DNA from: Epiperipatus broadwayi
Lineage: Eukaryota > Animalia > Onychophora
Reading direction: 5' to 3'
Assembly (NCBI GenBank): GCA_028023455.1
Contig: JAQFVV010000002.1
Coordinates: forward strand, 6,696,001 to 6,760,000
Length of the DNA: 64,000 bases
Numbering within the stretch: position 1 is the first letter of the stretch; each line of letters starts with the position of its first letter. A model generated the notes under the pieces. That model did no database searches and had not been told where the DNA came from. It was given only the letters and a program-made list of their open reading frames with translations. Shown in pieces: positions 25,250 through 39,065 of the stretch. A program made the position numbers and the translations under genes.

Positions 25250-28189
25250 GTTATAAGTAATTGACAAACATTACATAGTACATCATTTCTTAAACTTAGG
25301 AAATTATATGATAAATTAGTTAGATATAGACAACATATTAGTAATTTTGCATATTTTGTTAACAATAACATAATTCCTAAAGGCCTCAGAATAAAAATTA
25401 TTGCTAACATAGACCAATTTCCTAGGGATCTTGCAATTAAATGGGATAATACAATAAGAGAAGCATCTGTTGCATTAATACATATTTTGAAAGATGCATT
25501 TTTGGTAAGACTTAAATTAATTGAAAAAGAAATTATACATTTTGGTAGTTGTAATTTAATGAATATAGATGATCAGAAGGAATTACAGGAATGGGTTTTT
25601 TTGAGAGAAAAGTTATTGGTGAAGAAATTTCATAATAAAATGTATCATTGGTTCAAAGTTATGGGTAATGAGCCAAGATTTGAATTAGTTACTAATCAGT
25701 CACAAACACTAATTAATTGTATGACTTCTGATAATCATACTGTGGCAGATATATCTACATCGGATATGATTCCAATTGATACTGATCAATCATTTATATC
25801 ATCTTCACATTCATTAGATTGTGCTGAAATGTTACCATCTGTTCTTAATAGTGATGCTGTTTTAGCATTGGTTTATAGAGTTACAGATTCTTCTGAATGC
25901 ACTAACAATATTTTAGTTTCTGGAAATACAAGTACTAATAAATCTAACTCAAGTATTTATAGCAATGACTTTTTATGTTTAGCTAATAAGGAAAACAATG
26001 TGATTAATCTAACTAACATTAATCTTAGTGAGGTAGAATGTTCACTGTTAGATAAAGGTTTATCTTTTTGCCCTACAGTTCAGTCATTTTATCAAAAAAA
26101 TGAATTTAAAATTCATGAGGATTTAGATAATTTTTTAAGAAGACTTAGATTAAGAGAATTTTTTGGAAACCAAGAATGTGATACTATTGGGAAATTACAA
26201 TCTGATTGGACACCACTACATCAAAGGAATGTGTTATTAGATATGTACATTGATAATGTATATCAGGATATTATTAATGAAATTAGACTTAAACAACATA
26301 GTAAGTATAAGAGTAATTTAACATTGAGAGAGATGAATGCATTATGCAGTTTAGTGAAAAGACAGGATATTATTATAAAACCAGCTGACAAAGGTGGATC
26401 AATAGTAATTATGAATAAAGATGATTATGTTAAAAAAGCTCTGGAGCTTTTAGATGATAAAATTTTTTATGAACCTATTTCCCTAACCACTATTAATTCA
26501 TTATTCAAGGATATACTTTTTAATTTAAAAGATATGAGAGCTAGAGGTCTTATAAATAATAATGTATATAACTTTTTAGTACCAACCAAAATTCATCCTA
26601 GTAGTTTTTATATTTTGCCAAAGATTCATAAACCTGGTTGTCCAGGCAGACCTATTGTAGCTAGTATTGGTAGTCCTCCAGAAAATATTTCAGCATATGT
26701 TGATAATATTATTAAATTTATTCCACCATCATTTAATTCTTATGTTAAAGATACTACTCATTTTCTTTGTGTGTTAGAAAAACTGAATTACCAGTTGATT
26801 GTTTTTTGGTTACTTTGGATATTGTATCATTATACACAAATATACCTCATGATGATGGAGTTGAGCCTATTAAATGTGCTTTACAAGATAGAGAGTATTA
26901 CTACTATGGTTGAATTAATATATTTGGTTTTAAGAAATAAATTTTTTTACTTTTGATTCTAGATACTATTTACAGGAACAAGGTACTGCTATGGGTACAA
27001 AGATGGCACCAAGTTATGCAAATATTTTTATGTCAAAACTAGAATCCTCTATACTTGATAATGCTAAGCTGAAACCTCACACTTGGCTTAGATATATATA
27101 GATGACATTTCCATGATATGGCCACATAGTGAAGTTGAACTTCATAATTTTTTAAGTTTGAATAATTTTAATAAAAATATTAATTTCACAATGAATTTTT
27201 CAAAATCAATTGCTCATTTTCTTGATGTTGAAGTTATTTACACTAATAGAGTTCTTACTGCTTCTGTATATAGGAAACCAACTGATAATAACCGCTATCT
27301 ACATTTTTATAGTAACCATCCTAAACATTTAAAGGCTAATATTCCTTATAGTCAATTTTTAAGGATGAAGAGAATTTGTAATGATGAGAAATTTCTTCAA
27401 CAAAATAATAATATTTTATATAATAGATTGCTCAATATGAGGTATCCTAAGACATTGTTGGATAATGCAGTAAGGAGATCTTCTTTAATTGATAGAAAGA
27501 AACTTCTTCTATCTGAAAAGAGTAAAAAACACTTAGATGTTCTACCATTGGTTCTTACTTTTAATAGAGATTTACCTAATATTAACCGGATATTGGCGAA
27601 ACATTTTAACATATTACAGTCCACAGATTATTTAAAATCTATTTTTTCTGATCCACCTAAGGTTGTATATCGAAAACATAGATCACTTAGAGATATACTT
27701 GTCAAAACAAATTTTATTAATAATTCTGAACAGATAAAAGGGTGTTCTCCATGTGAGGATAAAAGATGTTTTACATGTAAACACATTGTTGTGACAAAAG
27801 TGGTCTTTAGTACTAAGAATCGTAATTTTAAATGGTATATTCCTAATTATGTTACATGTAAAAGTGTTAATTTGATATATTTGATAGAGTGTAGTAGATG
27901 TTTAAACCAGTATATAGGTGAGTCAGCAAATAGTTTACATGTCAGAATGACTAATCATAGATTTGACATTTTGCATAAGAATAAAGATAGACCAGTTTCA
28001 AAACATTTTAACTTACCGAATCATTCAATTGATGATTTAAAAGTAGTGATTCTTCAGGAAGGTTTTTCTTCTACAAGGGAGAGGAAACAAAAGGAGAGTT
28101 TTTTTATTTTTAAATTCAAGACCTTAGAACCACATGGATTGAATTTAAACATTGGAACTATTACATCTCTGGGTTACCTGGTCTCCTAA
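25250..28189 (+). pseudogene. PLE RT-GIY-YIG polyprotein, frameshifted
   Basis: [94 protein letters not shown] (TA insertion near 27097), YRKPTD, Cys linker GCSPCEDKRCFTCKH, LIYLIEC..QYIGE..RMTNH. Confidence 0.93.
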
Positions 28190-28692
28190 ATGATTTCTAT
28201 ATGTGAGTTTTTTATGTGAAAATTTTTTTTATATGAGGTTTTTTATGTAAAGATTGGTTATATGGATGTTTAATATCTGTGTTTAATTGGTATATAGATA
28301 AATAATTAGTTATTATAAATTATTGTACTTTGCACTAACTATAATTTTTGATTAAAATGTATAAGTATTTTAGTTTTTAATGAATATTAATGTGAGCACA
28401 GCTATTTTTTGTATGTGAGCATAGTCTAATTTTTGTATGTATGCACATATGTATATTTTAATTTTTAATTTTGGATTTTTTATTTTTATATTTATTTTAA
28501 TTTAAATAGAATTTAAGCTTGATTAGGAGGGAATGTAGTTTTTTTCTTTTTTTGTTTGAATTTTGTCATTGATTGGGTAGATATTCTGTGTTAGATTTTG
28601 TGACCAATCAGGGGGGTTTTGTTAAAATTTTTAATCTTTTACCAAATCTGTAATTTTTGATTATTGCCATTTTACTGTGTATTTTTTTCTTT

Positions 28693-28720
28693 CTGATAAA
28701 AACCAGTCCTCTGGTTGAAA
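28693..28720 (+). ncRNA. Hammerhead ribozyme core remnant in the PLE 3' terminal repeat
   Basis: CTGATAA A AACCAG TCCT CTGGTT GAAA: perfect 6-bp stem II, but G8 is changed to A and stem I is not recoverable. The inverted left copy (24443-24467) keeps ATGAAAACCAG. Confidence 0.65.
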
Positions 28721-29742
28721 TATTATATTATTTATTGGATTTATAAGTCTTTTTTTGTTTTTATATATATATATAACCCTCTCTATTTCTAGCAACAAAC
28801 ATACTAGGTTTGACTTCCCAGCCCATGAAGTACGGTGCTACATATCATAATTTTTCTATATTCTATTCTCCTGACTATCTGTTTTATTCTATGTCCTGAT
28901 TCTAATTCTTGAAACAAAACAACAAACAATAATTTCTTTTTTTGTTCTTCAACACAGATATACCATAACTTTATTACTATCATTTCTCAATTCTTATTAT
29001 TTCCTACCCCAATATTTTCCATTCTTCAAAGCCCCATAATTGGTAGATCATTGTTATGGGTTACCCCTTTCTCATTAGTATTTGCTTGATTTAGACTAAC
29101 ACTACTCCTAAGAATTATTTCTTTGATACAACTATATTTATTACTAATGAGACCTATGAATTTGCAACACTATTTTATCAACCAAGATGACCTTAATGTC
29201 TTTATCATCACTTCCCACCCAGCATATTTGTGAATGTCAACTTATTCTGACTCCAAGTGCCAATCCTATGCATGTATAAGAATCATGCTGGAAAGGAAGA
29301 GTAAACCTGGATTGGGAGTAAATGCACACCACTGGCTAGTTCACTCAGGATGGGTAGTACTTAGACTGACAGAAACATGTATAAGTAAGGCAGTAAAAAT
29401 CCAATAATTAATTTATTCAATAACTACAACTATGTATATATTTTAAAACTAAATAAATAAGATACAAAATCATGAAAAGAGAATAATTCAGTGCTCAAAT
29501 ATTTAATGACACAGTACCATATACATATATATTTATACAGACAAACAACAAAAATTTCTAATCATTACAAATACTAAGTGATTTATCTTTAAGAGGGGAA
29601 AACTGATTTAATATAATTAGAAATTAAAGTCTAAATATAACATTGATAGTGCACATTAATGTGAGTTAGAATAATGTATGTATTACCTTGAATTCCCCAG
29701 GGAAGGTAGCTTAAACAAATTCGTAACAAAGGTGAGTTCATT

Positions 29743-29862
29743 TGGAAAAACTATGGCCATTGAAATTGTTCAGAATGGATGTCTTATCCTTATTTTTTCT
29801 TAAATCTCCAATGGCTCGATCATGATTCAGGATATTGGTAGAGAGAGATGCAGATGGACGGT
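29743..29862 (-). pseudogene. Possible GIY-YIG (PLE) fragment
   Basis: RPSASLSTNILNHDRAIGDLRKNKDKTSILNNFNGHSF loosely resembles the R..EH...S...H...GH.F pattern; the tyrosine motifs are absent. Confidence 0.25.
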
Positions 29863-30699
29863 CGAGAATTCCTTTGGACAGTCGAGGATTCCTTTTTAAC
29901 TTCAGGTGGTTATACAATCATGTAGCAGCTTCTGTTTCTTCATGGTAACTATGGGATAGATGCCCAGCACATTTAGAGCTTTACCCCAGCTTGTTCATAT
30001 CAGCTGGTGACTATATTTTTTTTTCTTTAAAAATCAGTATTCAGAAATCTCCGACACTATTAAAATATACCAATGAACAAATAACAGTGTAAAAACTAAA
30101 ATGGTCTCATTTTTTCTATTATTTTTTCTCAAAAGTTTTAAATCTCAAAAATGTTAGGTATTTTCTATCCTCTCATGTGGCATACAAGGTCTGGCTTCTT
30201 TTGTTCTATTTTCTTCTTTTTACCAAGACAAAACTTTTTAGCACCTTTTTCTCTTTTCTCTTAAAAAGTTTCATTGAAGACCTTGGAAAATAACTTCAAA
30301 CAATACCTCCAGTAAAAGCATTCTGCTGACAACAATCTGTTTAGTTTCTCCTTTTTTTTTCATTTACATATTTCTCTCTTTTTTTTATTATTAAAAATAA
30401 AACAGAATTAGACACAAAAATAAAACATATAGGCTTTTCCAGAAGAGACTTTATGTTTTCTTGACTATATAATAATACAGACATACATATATTTTATTAA
30501 TATAAATGAGCACACACACACACACACCCCTTACACCTGTTTTAACTTTTTACTTAATCATTTTAGGGGGGGGAAAATCAACTATATATGTCAAAATATA
30601 TGTAGTAATAGTATCTATATATACAGATGTGTGGCTACAGAATCCCTTACCATGGAACAAGGTTTAAACCCAGCCCCTGTTACAGTAGGTCTTGAATTT

Positions 30700-31960
30700 T
30701 TTTTTTTTTGGGATTTGAACCTAGACAATTTGAGCATGTACAGCAAGCAATAGTGATTAAAGAATGTTTCTGTGTTTGGTGGTAAAAAACCATCAGTATT
30801 CATGAATGGTATTGCTATTTGATGAAGCCATTTTGAGATGAAGTCTTGTGTACTTCATATTAAAATCTCCCATAAGAATGGTAGGGTAAAGTGTTGATGC
30901 TATCAGTGAGTTGAATGTGCGTATGATGTTGGATATGATGATGTTTCCAGGTGGAATGTAGGTAAATAATTATGCTGAGAGAAATTTTTTTTTTTTTTTA
31001 TGACCTGGTCTTTTTGTTTTTATTATGATTAGTTCAAGTCAATGGAAGACAGGGCATCAGTGCCCCCATGATATATGCTGTGTTATTTTTAATTATGTGT
31101 GTGCTGTTTGCTTTGATGGTATTTTGCATCTCACTGGAGGTGCTTTGTGATAGTCCAATTGGATTAGTATTTGCATCTGTCAAGTATTGTATATTTTGAA
31201 ACTCATGTGTGTTGTTTGGAGATGTTTGAGTGGTATTTGAATGTATGTTCTGAATGCTGTTTGGTTCATTTATGTTTTTGTTATGTTTGTTTGCAGTTTG
31301 ATCTATGAAGAGGGATCTGAAAGTGATTTTTCAGGTGGAGAAGTTGTTTGAATATGGTTATATCTGTATTTATGATAATAGTGTGTGTATGTCTGGGCTG
31401 ATTATTTGTCTGTTGTGATTGTGGACAGTTGTTGCTGTCACATTGTGATGCAAGGTGGCCATGCTATCCATGTGAGTAGAATTGTGGTTTAAGTCCCCTT
31501 ATGAAGAGGATTAGTGTGGCTTCCTGATCTGTAATCTGAATAGGAATATTGTTTCAATCCATTTCTGGATGCAATGTCACTTTGAAATCAAAGCTGTTGC
31601 TGTAATCTACCACTGGTATATCTTTCAGATAAATTGAGTTGAAAGCTGTGACTTTTCCAAATAGCTGCATCGTTTTCTGAAAGTTTATGATGTCATACCC
31701 AAGATTTGCAATTTTGAATATGCTGCTGATCTGGTTATATTAATCTGGGTCAACTGAGATAAGTACCTAGCTACCTAAAGTTTTAATAGTCATTTGAAAC
31801 CAGGTCTTTTGAAATTTTTTTGATAAAATTTGAGGATTAAATACCATGGGTTGGGATAATCAACAATTCTTAGCAGTGTTCCAAAAGCACCTGTAATGTT
31901 ATTGCATCATAGAGTAATTCCCTGGGAAATTTGTATAGAGATATATTGACAACTGTGGCT
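30700..31960 (-). mobile_element. Remnant of a second L1/Tx1-like element (ORF1 knuckle plus APE N-terminus)
   Basis: LFIRGLKPQFYSHG*HGHLASQC (31440-31520) aligns with ISIRGVQSQCFSCGDRNHLMKSC of the 8-kb ORF1. A T/Q/N-rich linker follows, then YIPPGN and PTILMGDFN (30858-30884). Confidence 0.72.
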
Positions 31961-33029
31961 GATAATATTATTGAACATGGGGTGAAATCTTTTAAATGAT
32001 GCATGCAAGCCTCTTAGAATCAAATTATTAAATGTTTTATTAATTAATTTTAAATCATTACTATCTAATGCATAGGAACAGTAATTGATTTTTGTGTTTG
32101 TATATCAAGTTACAGAATATTATTAGTATTTATTCTTTGGAAGTGATGAAAAACTTTGTTTTCTGAATTTGCAACTTGATTATGATCCCTTTGCTATAAA
32201 TTATTTGTTGCAGAAAAAAATTGCTTTGTTGTAAATTATTTTTTGCAGCATTGATATAATCTTTTGTTTTGAACTGTAATTTGTATCACTTTGGAGCCAT
32301 TCATCTGGTCACATGGCCTGACAGTTGCGATTCAAATGTATTTTACCATTAAGCAAAATTTATTAATTGTAAAAACTTAATAGCTATATATATTTTCTGT
32401 TAAATAGAAATAATTTTGATTATCTAATACTTACTGTTCATATATATATATATATGACTATAAGTCAAAAATATATGTTTCAAGATTTTTTGTGGTTCAA
32501 ATATTAAGAGTCTTGTAAATAATAATCAATCAAAGGCAAGATTTGCTGCTGAACTCATTATTGTTATTATAATTACTACTACTATTATTATATTGTAATG
32601 GGTAAACTTTATTGAGACTCAAAAAAAGGTTACATAAGTTATATTTGAAAGCAGGAGGTCTTAGATACAAATTGATTCATGATATTATATTTTAATAAAG
32701 ATATATGTAACAAAGATAATATGGTGGCACTACTGTATGGAGAATTTAGCCTCTGCATAATAAAGATGTATAATTTTGTTCGTGATAGAAAAAAAAAAAA
32801 CATGATTGACAGTAAATGAAAAAAGAATAATTATTACATAACAAAATACATGAATCAAAATAGGTTTACATAGAAGTTTTAAATGTGATATTGAGAAAAA
32901 TACATGAAAACACAGGGTAGTAAAAGTGAAAACCTATGGAGAGGGTTTATGGTTAGTGTTAGATTGATATATGGTCCATAAAAAATGGGCTCAGTTTTAT
33001 TATTCTTTTGTTACATAAGTTCCATGTGG

Positions 33030-33187
33030 AAAAAATATTAGCATAAATTGCATCTTGGGAAAAATGGAAAAATACCATTTCAGCATGAATGCATCTTGGG
33101 AGAATAGAAAAATACTAGTCAGCATGAACTGCATCTTGGAGAAATGAAAAAATACTAGTTTAGCATGAACTGTATTTTGGGAAATGG
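33030..33187. repeat. About 40-bp minisatellite, 4 units
   Basis: AGCATGAA(c)TGCATCTTGG..GAAAAATAC units at about 33040, 33082, 33121 and 33161. Confidence 0.85.
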
Positions 33188-34566
33188 TTTTATAAAAAAA
33201 AATCAAAAACAAACACAAAAAATATAATATATTTTAACACATGAAAACAATCCAATTTGTTTAAAAACCAAGCCTGAAATTAATATATTTTGTAAACAGA
33301 CAATGATTGATAAAAAAAAAGTTTGAAAACATGAAAATAATATAATTAGCAATGAGAAGAATCACAATTTTATCACTATACATTGAATTAAAACAAGAAA
33401 AACAATACTATAAAAGGTAAATCATAAAAGTCATTAAAAAGTAATCAACCTCAATAAATTTATAAAAAATTTGAAATCTGAAAATATTGGTAATAAGTCT
33501 ACAAGAAATTGAAATCCAAACAGATATCTGTTTTCATGCATGGATGCATGAAATGAAAGCAAAATATAACAAATGTATAAAAAATATTGTTCCACAAAGT
33601 GGGGAAAATTGATTACATTTTGGTCAAAAAGTATACAAAGGCAAAATTGTTCATTTATTGAAATTGTAGGTAGGCTGTGACTGTCGCTATCTTCATGCTG
33701 CACCATTGGCTGCTTAATGCACATTGTAATGCATAACTGTGATTTTCCATAACTTATTTTAAATTTGCAAATAATACTTTTGAAATTTCAAAAACATGAG
33801 AAACACTTCTCATGAACTTTTTCAATCACATTTAAGTCACATATTTTAAAAATTTCTAGATAAATCATAAATCAAAATCCATTGTTGTTTTTCTCAATAA
33901 CACTTTAATTACATAATGTTTTCCAAAGAGACTGATATCTTTTAGGATATCTTGTTTATTGGAAATTTATTTCATTTTTTTAAGTAACATCTTTGTCAAC
34001 AAAAACAATAATTATATACATTTTTAAACAATTATTTACATATAAGTTTTAAATTACAGATCTTCATATTTATTTATATAATTTTTATGTCTTCTTTAAT
34101 TAAATAATAGTTGTTTTAATTTTTCAGTTTATTATTTCCATAACTCATATGGAGACAAACCAGTGCTTGATCAAATTTTTTCCATTATCTTTTTTTGGAA
34201 GATAACTGATGCAGTTATTATATTATTTATTCCAATCACCATCAAGTTTTTTTTAACTAATTATATTTAGTTTCAAAAATTACTTCACATTTTGTTCATA
34301 TTGCTTTTAGAACATGCAGCAAAACCAATTGCATTATGTAGATGAAATCTTTTAATATTATTTATTTATGTATGGAGCATGAAATACTTTTGATGTTAAA
34401 ATTTTCAATGCTACACATTCTTTAAATAAGTTTTTAATGATTGTAGATTAATTTGATATGTGAATAAATTATTAACAGATTCTTCTTTTATAATATATGA
34501 TGCACAGATTTATTGCTATCAATTATTTTAGATTTGTTTCAAAAATAAATAATTTTATTTTCAGTA

Positions 34567-34800
34567 CTTGGGTATTATTCCTTCAACTTAGGAAAGATAG
34601 GATGACTTTTCACATATGCGATAAAGGCATAATCTTGCAAACATGAAATAAACCTGCATTTTTTCTCATCCAAAAACATGTTTCTCAACATGCACAAAAC
34701 ATGTTTTAAAATATGTCAACCAAATCTATTATGTACATGCAGTTTTTGGAGATTTTTGCATTTTGTGATTCCAAAAGTTTGTTGTATCACCAAAAGTCGT
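34567..34800 (+). mobile_element. DNA-transposon-like end (TIR CTTGGGTATTATTCC...), preceded by TA
   Basis: About 230-bp inverted homology to 43470-43780. Confidence 0.7.
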
Positions 34801-37800
34801 TCTTGCTTTCATCAAAGATGTTTAAATTTACTGTTCAAATTTAAAGTAACCATACACATATATGCATATATATTGGGAATAAAATATTAACAATTGTGAA
34901 CAAAATAAATGCCAGTGTAGTTAGAGAAACTAACTCAAATATCAACATTCTATAACAGAAATTGTTCAAAAAAAAGAAAAAAATGTTAAATTTTAATATA
35001 CCAGGTGTTAACCATTATATCATGATGCCATCTATCAGCGGTAGCTTATGTCACACATCTTACTGGAAATCCATGTTATACCCACAATGAGATTATTAAT
35101 ATACATGTTGTAATGTTTATGGATAATATAATAAGTGAATGAATAAACTGATAGTTAACATTAAAGAGATTATGACAGTATCATCAGGTGAACCATACAG
35201 AAATTAACATATGCTGAAATCTGCATCCTATATATATATATTATTGTAATTGTATTACACGTATAGGTCACATAAGAACTATATAAAGAAGCTAAAATGC
35301 CTAATCACTCTCATAGAAATCATATTACATTATTCTAGGAATCATTATTAAATTTCTTTTTGTATTATTATTGTTTGCATGAGACTGTATATAGATTTTA
35401 TCAACTGACCAAGTGTAATAAACTTTGAATATTAAGTGTTCCAATACTATCATAAAATGTTTAGTTTACTAAATTTTGTTATATGTATATATGTAGTAAA
35501 ATTTTGTCATGTATGTATACTCATATAATGTAGATAAACACATATATGTTCAACTGGAGAAAACCGATTAATTCATTAAAAGTATAAATAATCATTAAAT
35601 GAAATTCACCAGAATAGCTTATTTATAGTTGATATTCCCATAGAGATTGTGTTAAACTTAAATTTCTTTATTAAATCAATATTAGCAAAATTAGGCTAAA
35701 TCTACACTTTCTCTAATTTGAAATAGGTCTATTGTCCAACATCATTCATGGTATAAACATGCACATAGTCACTATATTTCATGTTCTATTTTGATAGATA
35801 TATTACATTAGTTAGATCTTATTTATAAAGTGTAGATAAATTAACATTTTTATTAATTGAATTCAGAATCATACATCTTATTTTTTCACTTCTTATACCA
35901 CCCAAGTAGACTTAGTAAATCTTAACTTGCAAGTAGCTCAATATCATTATAGGCACTTGTACAACTATTATTATTTAGAACTCATCCATTAATGTCTAGC
36001 ATATTCATAAGGGCTAGCATTTTCTACTAATCAACTAGATTTCAAATTATGATGGTGTGAATGAGAGAATTAGATTTCAGTTCATGTACACTTACATATA
36101 CCTGTTTTAATATGTGTAATTTTGTATTTCTTGAATTCTGGATTTAGTTAAATTTAATACAGTCTCTATCTCTTAAGCAATATAGACTGTTGTTTTGTCA
36201 TACCGATCTCCTTTGTTTGGGCTCATTAATAGGAAGTAGATGCTTTAACCAAGTCTATAAATATATCTTGCCTACTTCCACTTCTACCATTATGATATAT
36301 ATATATAGCTTCATCAAAAATTCAAGTATGAACCAGTGAATAAATGGAAACAAATGTAATTCCATTATTTCATCCTTTAGGGAAGAGTATTATAATAATA
36401 TTTGAACTGAAGTTAATGTGATATCATTCGATATTAGAAAGATAATAATTAATTAAAAATAAATGTACTCAAAAGTATAGGTTAACATAATGATAATGAT
36501 TAATTGCAAAAAAAAAAAAAAAGATTTGTTATACATTTTGTCAGAAATTTTAGTTGTAAAATAATAGAATATTTCTATATGAATAATTATAATTCTATTT
36601 ATTTGTGTAAATATAATTATAAAGGTATACATATATACCAAAATAATGTACAGTAGTTACATATGTATATCTAATGTAATGAAAATATAGCTGTTTTATA
36701 ATTTATTAAATAAGAAAAAAATTGTTATACAAATTTTGGTTATAGTATAATTAAAAATAATCCAATAATTAATATACATTACTTGAAGATAATGAAATAA
36801 AATTTATCTTATTTTAATTTGTTTATATATTTTAGATAACAAAAAAAAGTGGATATAAAATTTTATTTTGATTTAATAATATCTACAATTCTTGATCAGA
36901 CAACAAGTCACTCTTTTTTCTGCTTCTTAGTCATGTTGCAGAAGCCAATGTGGAAGCAACTATAGCTGAAGAACTGTTTTTGGCAGAATGAATAAAGACC
37001 ATCAATAATTGGAACAAATATTAATAACTGACTGTTCATTGCCAGCAATGAAAGATGACCGATCCTGTCATAATAATAAGTATCCTTCTAACCTGTCATT
37101 GGAATGTAAGAATTAATAATAATTAATAATCAAGACTGATCAATTATTTTAATGGTAAGATTTTTTTATTATTATTAATAGAAATTGCTAATATATATAT
37201 TAATTTTTTTTAATTAGCTAAATCTAGAAAGCATGATTTTTTTAAAGGTTTATTTTATATTTAATTTCAATTTATACTTATATGTCAGATGTGTGTTTAA
37301 ACATATATAGTTAGGTGTTTGATCAAATAAATTTATTTTTATTTATTGTTAAAATCCATTTTGTGAGTGCGATTTGACCTCATTTCAAGCAAATAGTTTT
37401 AAGCTTAATATTATTTCTTTAGGCTCATGCTTTCCATTGAGAAATATTGGGGTTTAAAGAAGCAACCAACAAAGGATAGGTGTATATAAAATGCAGTCTA
37501 TGTAAAGTACATCATTTCTTAATTTAAATAGTGCCTAAATGTGAGGAATTCATTATCCTATAAAGTACTTGCTCAATTAAAGAAATATAATAGTTTTAGA
37601 TTCTTTAAAGAGGAATGGTTATCATCAGTTATCTGTGTAATTAGAATGATCCAAATAGTCACATAACATTGAGTGTTTAAAATTATATTATTTAAAATCA
37701 TAGATATAATTCATTTATGTATTAAGATTTGAGAAGTTTAAAAATCTGGATTGTTGTAGTGAGTGTCATGGGTCTGATTATGTGGTGATGATTGTAGCAG

Positions 37801-38019
37801 GTTGTCCCATAAAATGTAAGCAAGTAAATAAGTAAAGTGGTAAGTAAATAAAGCATACAGCGCAATCAAATAGGCAGCCAGCACACAACTTGTTTAAATG
37901 CAAGGATCCTCTTTTTATCCTGTGTCGGTTGCATTCAGTTACAATATATAAAAAAAGAAAAGTAATATATTAAATTTTAGCCACATAAAAATAGTAAACA
38001 AAATATTCCTGATTATAGT

Positions 38020-38505
38020 TTTTATTTAAAATATGAATTTTTTCTACAGTACAGGCTCTTTCATATCTGCACTTATATATTAATATATAGGGTGTTTGAA
38101 CTCAGACTTTCACATAACCCTCAACCATCCATGCTATCTCATACCACTATTATACTTGATCACACACATGTCAAAAAGATAAATAATCACCAATATACAT
38201 ATTTTGTACTAAACCAGCACTCATCAGTTGGTCCAGATTATCATCTTCACACATATATACAATCAAAGCTCAGCTTATATTAACATAGCCAATCTTCATA
38301 CTTGAATGGACAGGTTTCAAACTACTACACCTCACAACTCTTCAGCTGTCCATTTCCTTGAAAATCTGATAATGGAATGCTCAAAACCCATCTTAGTGCC
38401 AACCCTCTCATCCTACCCATGTCGACCACAAGTCACTCTGACCCCTCATGTACAGGACATAGTCTATTTACATACATATACGAGGAATAGACAGACCTTA
38501 AAGTA
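38020..38505 (-). mobile_element. HHR family 1 copy A (full ~488-bp monomer)
   Basis: Minus strand ACCAA CTGATGA(38227-38221) GTGCT GGTTT AGTAC AAAA TATGTA TA TTGGT; G12 is changed to A. Confidence 0.85.
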
Positions 38506-38785
38506 CTATATTTTGAAATATGATTTTTTTTTACAGTACAGGCTCTTTCATACCTGCACTTATATATGTAATATATAGGGGGTTTGAACTCAGACTTTCA
38601 CATGACCCTCAACCATCCATGCTATCTCATATTGTTGATTCACTTGATCACACACATGTCAAAAAGATAAATAATCACCAATGTACATATTTTATGCTAA
38701 ACTAGCACTCATCAGTTGGTCCAGATTATCGTCTCCACATATATATACAATCAAAGCTCAGCTTATATTAAGACAGCCAATCTTG
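38505..38785 (-). mobile_element. HHR family 1 copy B (head-to-tail with A)
   Basis: Direct repeat of A offset by 488 bp. Core CTGATGA at 38715-38709, followed by GTGCT AGTTT AGCAT AAAA TATGTA CA TTGGT. Confidence 0.85.
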
Positions 38786-38786
38786 A

Positions 38787-39065
38787 ATGTTCCATCATCA
38801 GATTTTCAAGGAAATGGACAGCTGAAGAGTTGCATAGTGGAATAGTTTGAAGCCTGTCGATTAAAGTATGAAATTGGCTATCTTAATATAAGCTGATCTT
38901 TAATTGTATATATGTGTGGAGATAATAATCTAGACCAACTGACAAGTTCTGGTTTAGCACGGAATATGCTATTGGTAATTATTTATATTTTTGACATGTG
39001 TGTGCTCAAGTGTATCAGCAGTATGAGATAGCATGGATAGTTGAGGGTCATGTGAAAGTCTGAGT
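38787..39065 (+). mobile_element. HHR family 1 copy C (inverted, back-to-back with B)
   Basis: Reverse complement of about 38090-38378. ACCAA CTGACAA GTTCT GGTTT AGCAC GGAA TATGC TA TTGGT at 38934-38976. Confidence 0.85.

Larger units (their letters stand above)
24391..28770 (+). mobile_element. Penelope-like element (Neptune-like), with inverted terminal repeats
   Basis: PLE RT plus GIY-YIG. About 75-bp inverted repeats at 24391-24467 and 28696-28770. The right end abuts a (TA)n run. Confidence 0.93.

Noticed and set aside
38092-38578. Plus-strand ORFs in family 1 copies read as an APE-like remnant
   Set aside because: Catalytic motifs (GDFN, SDH) are not actually present, frames are not conserved between copies, and they are antisense to the HHR.
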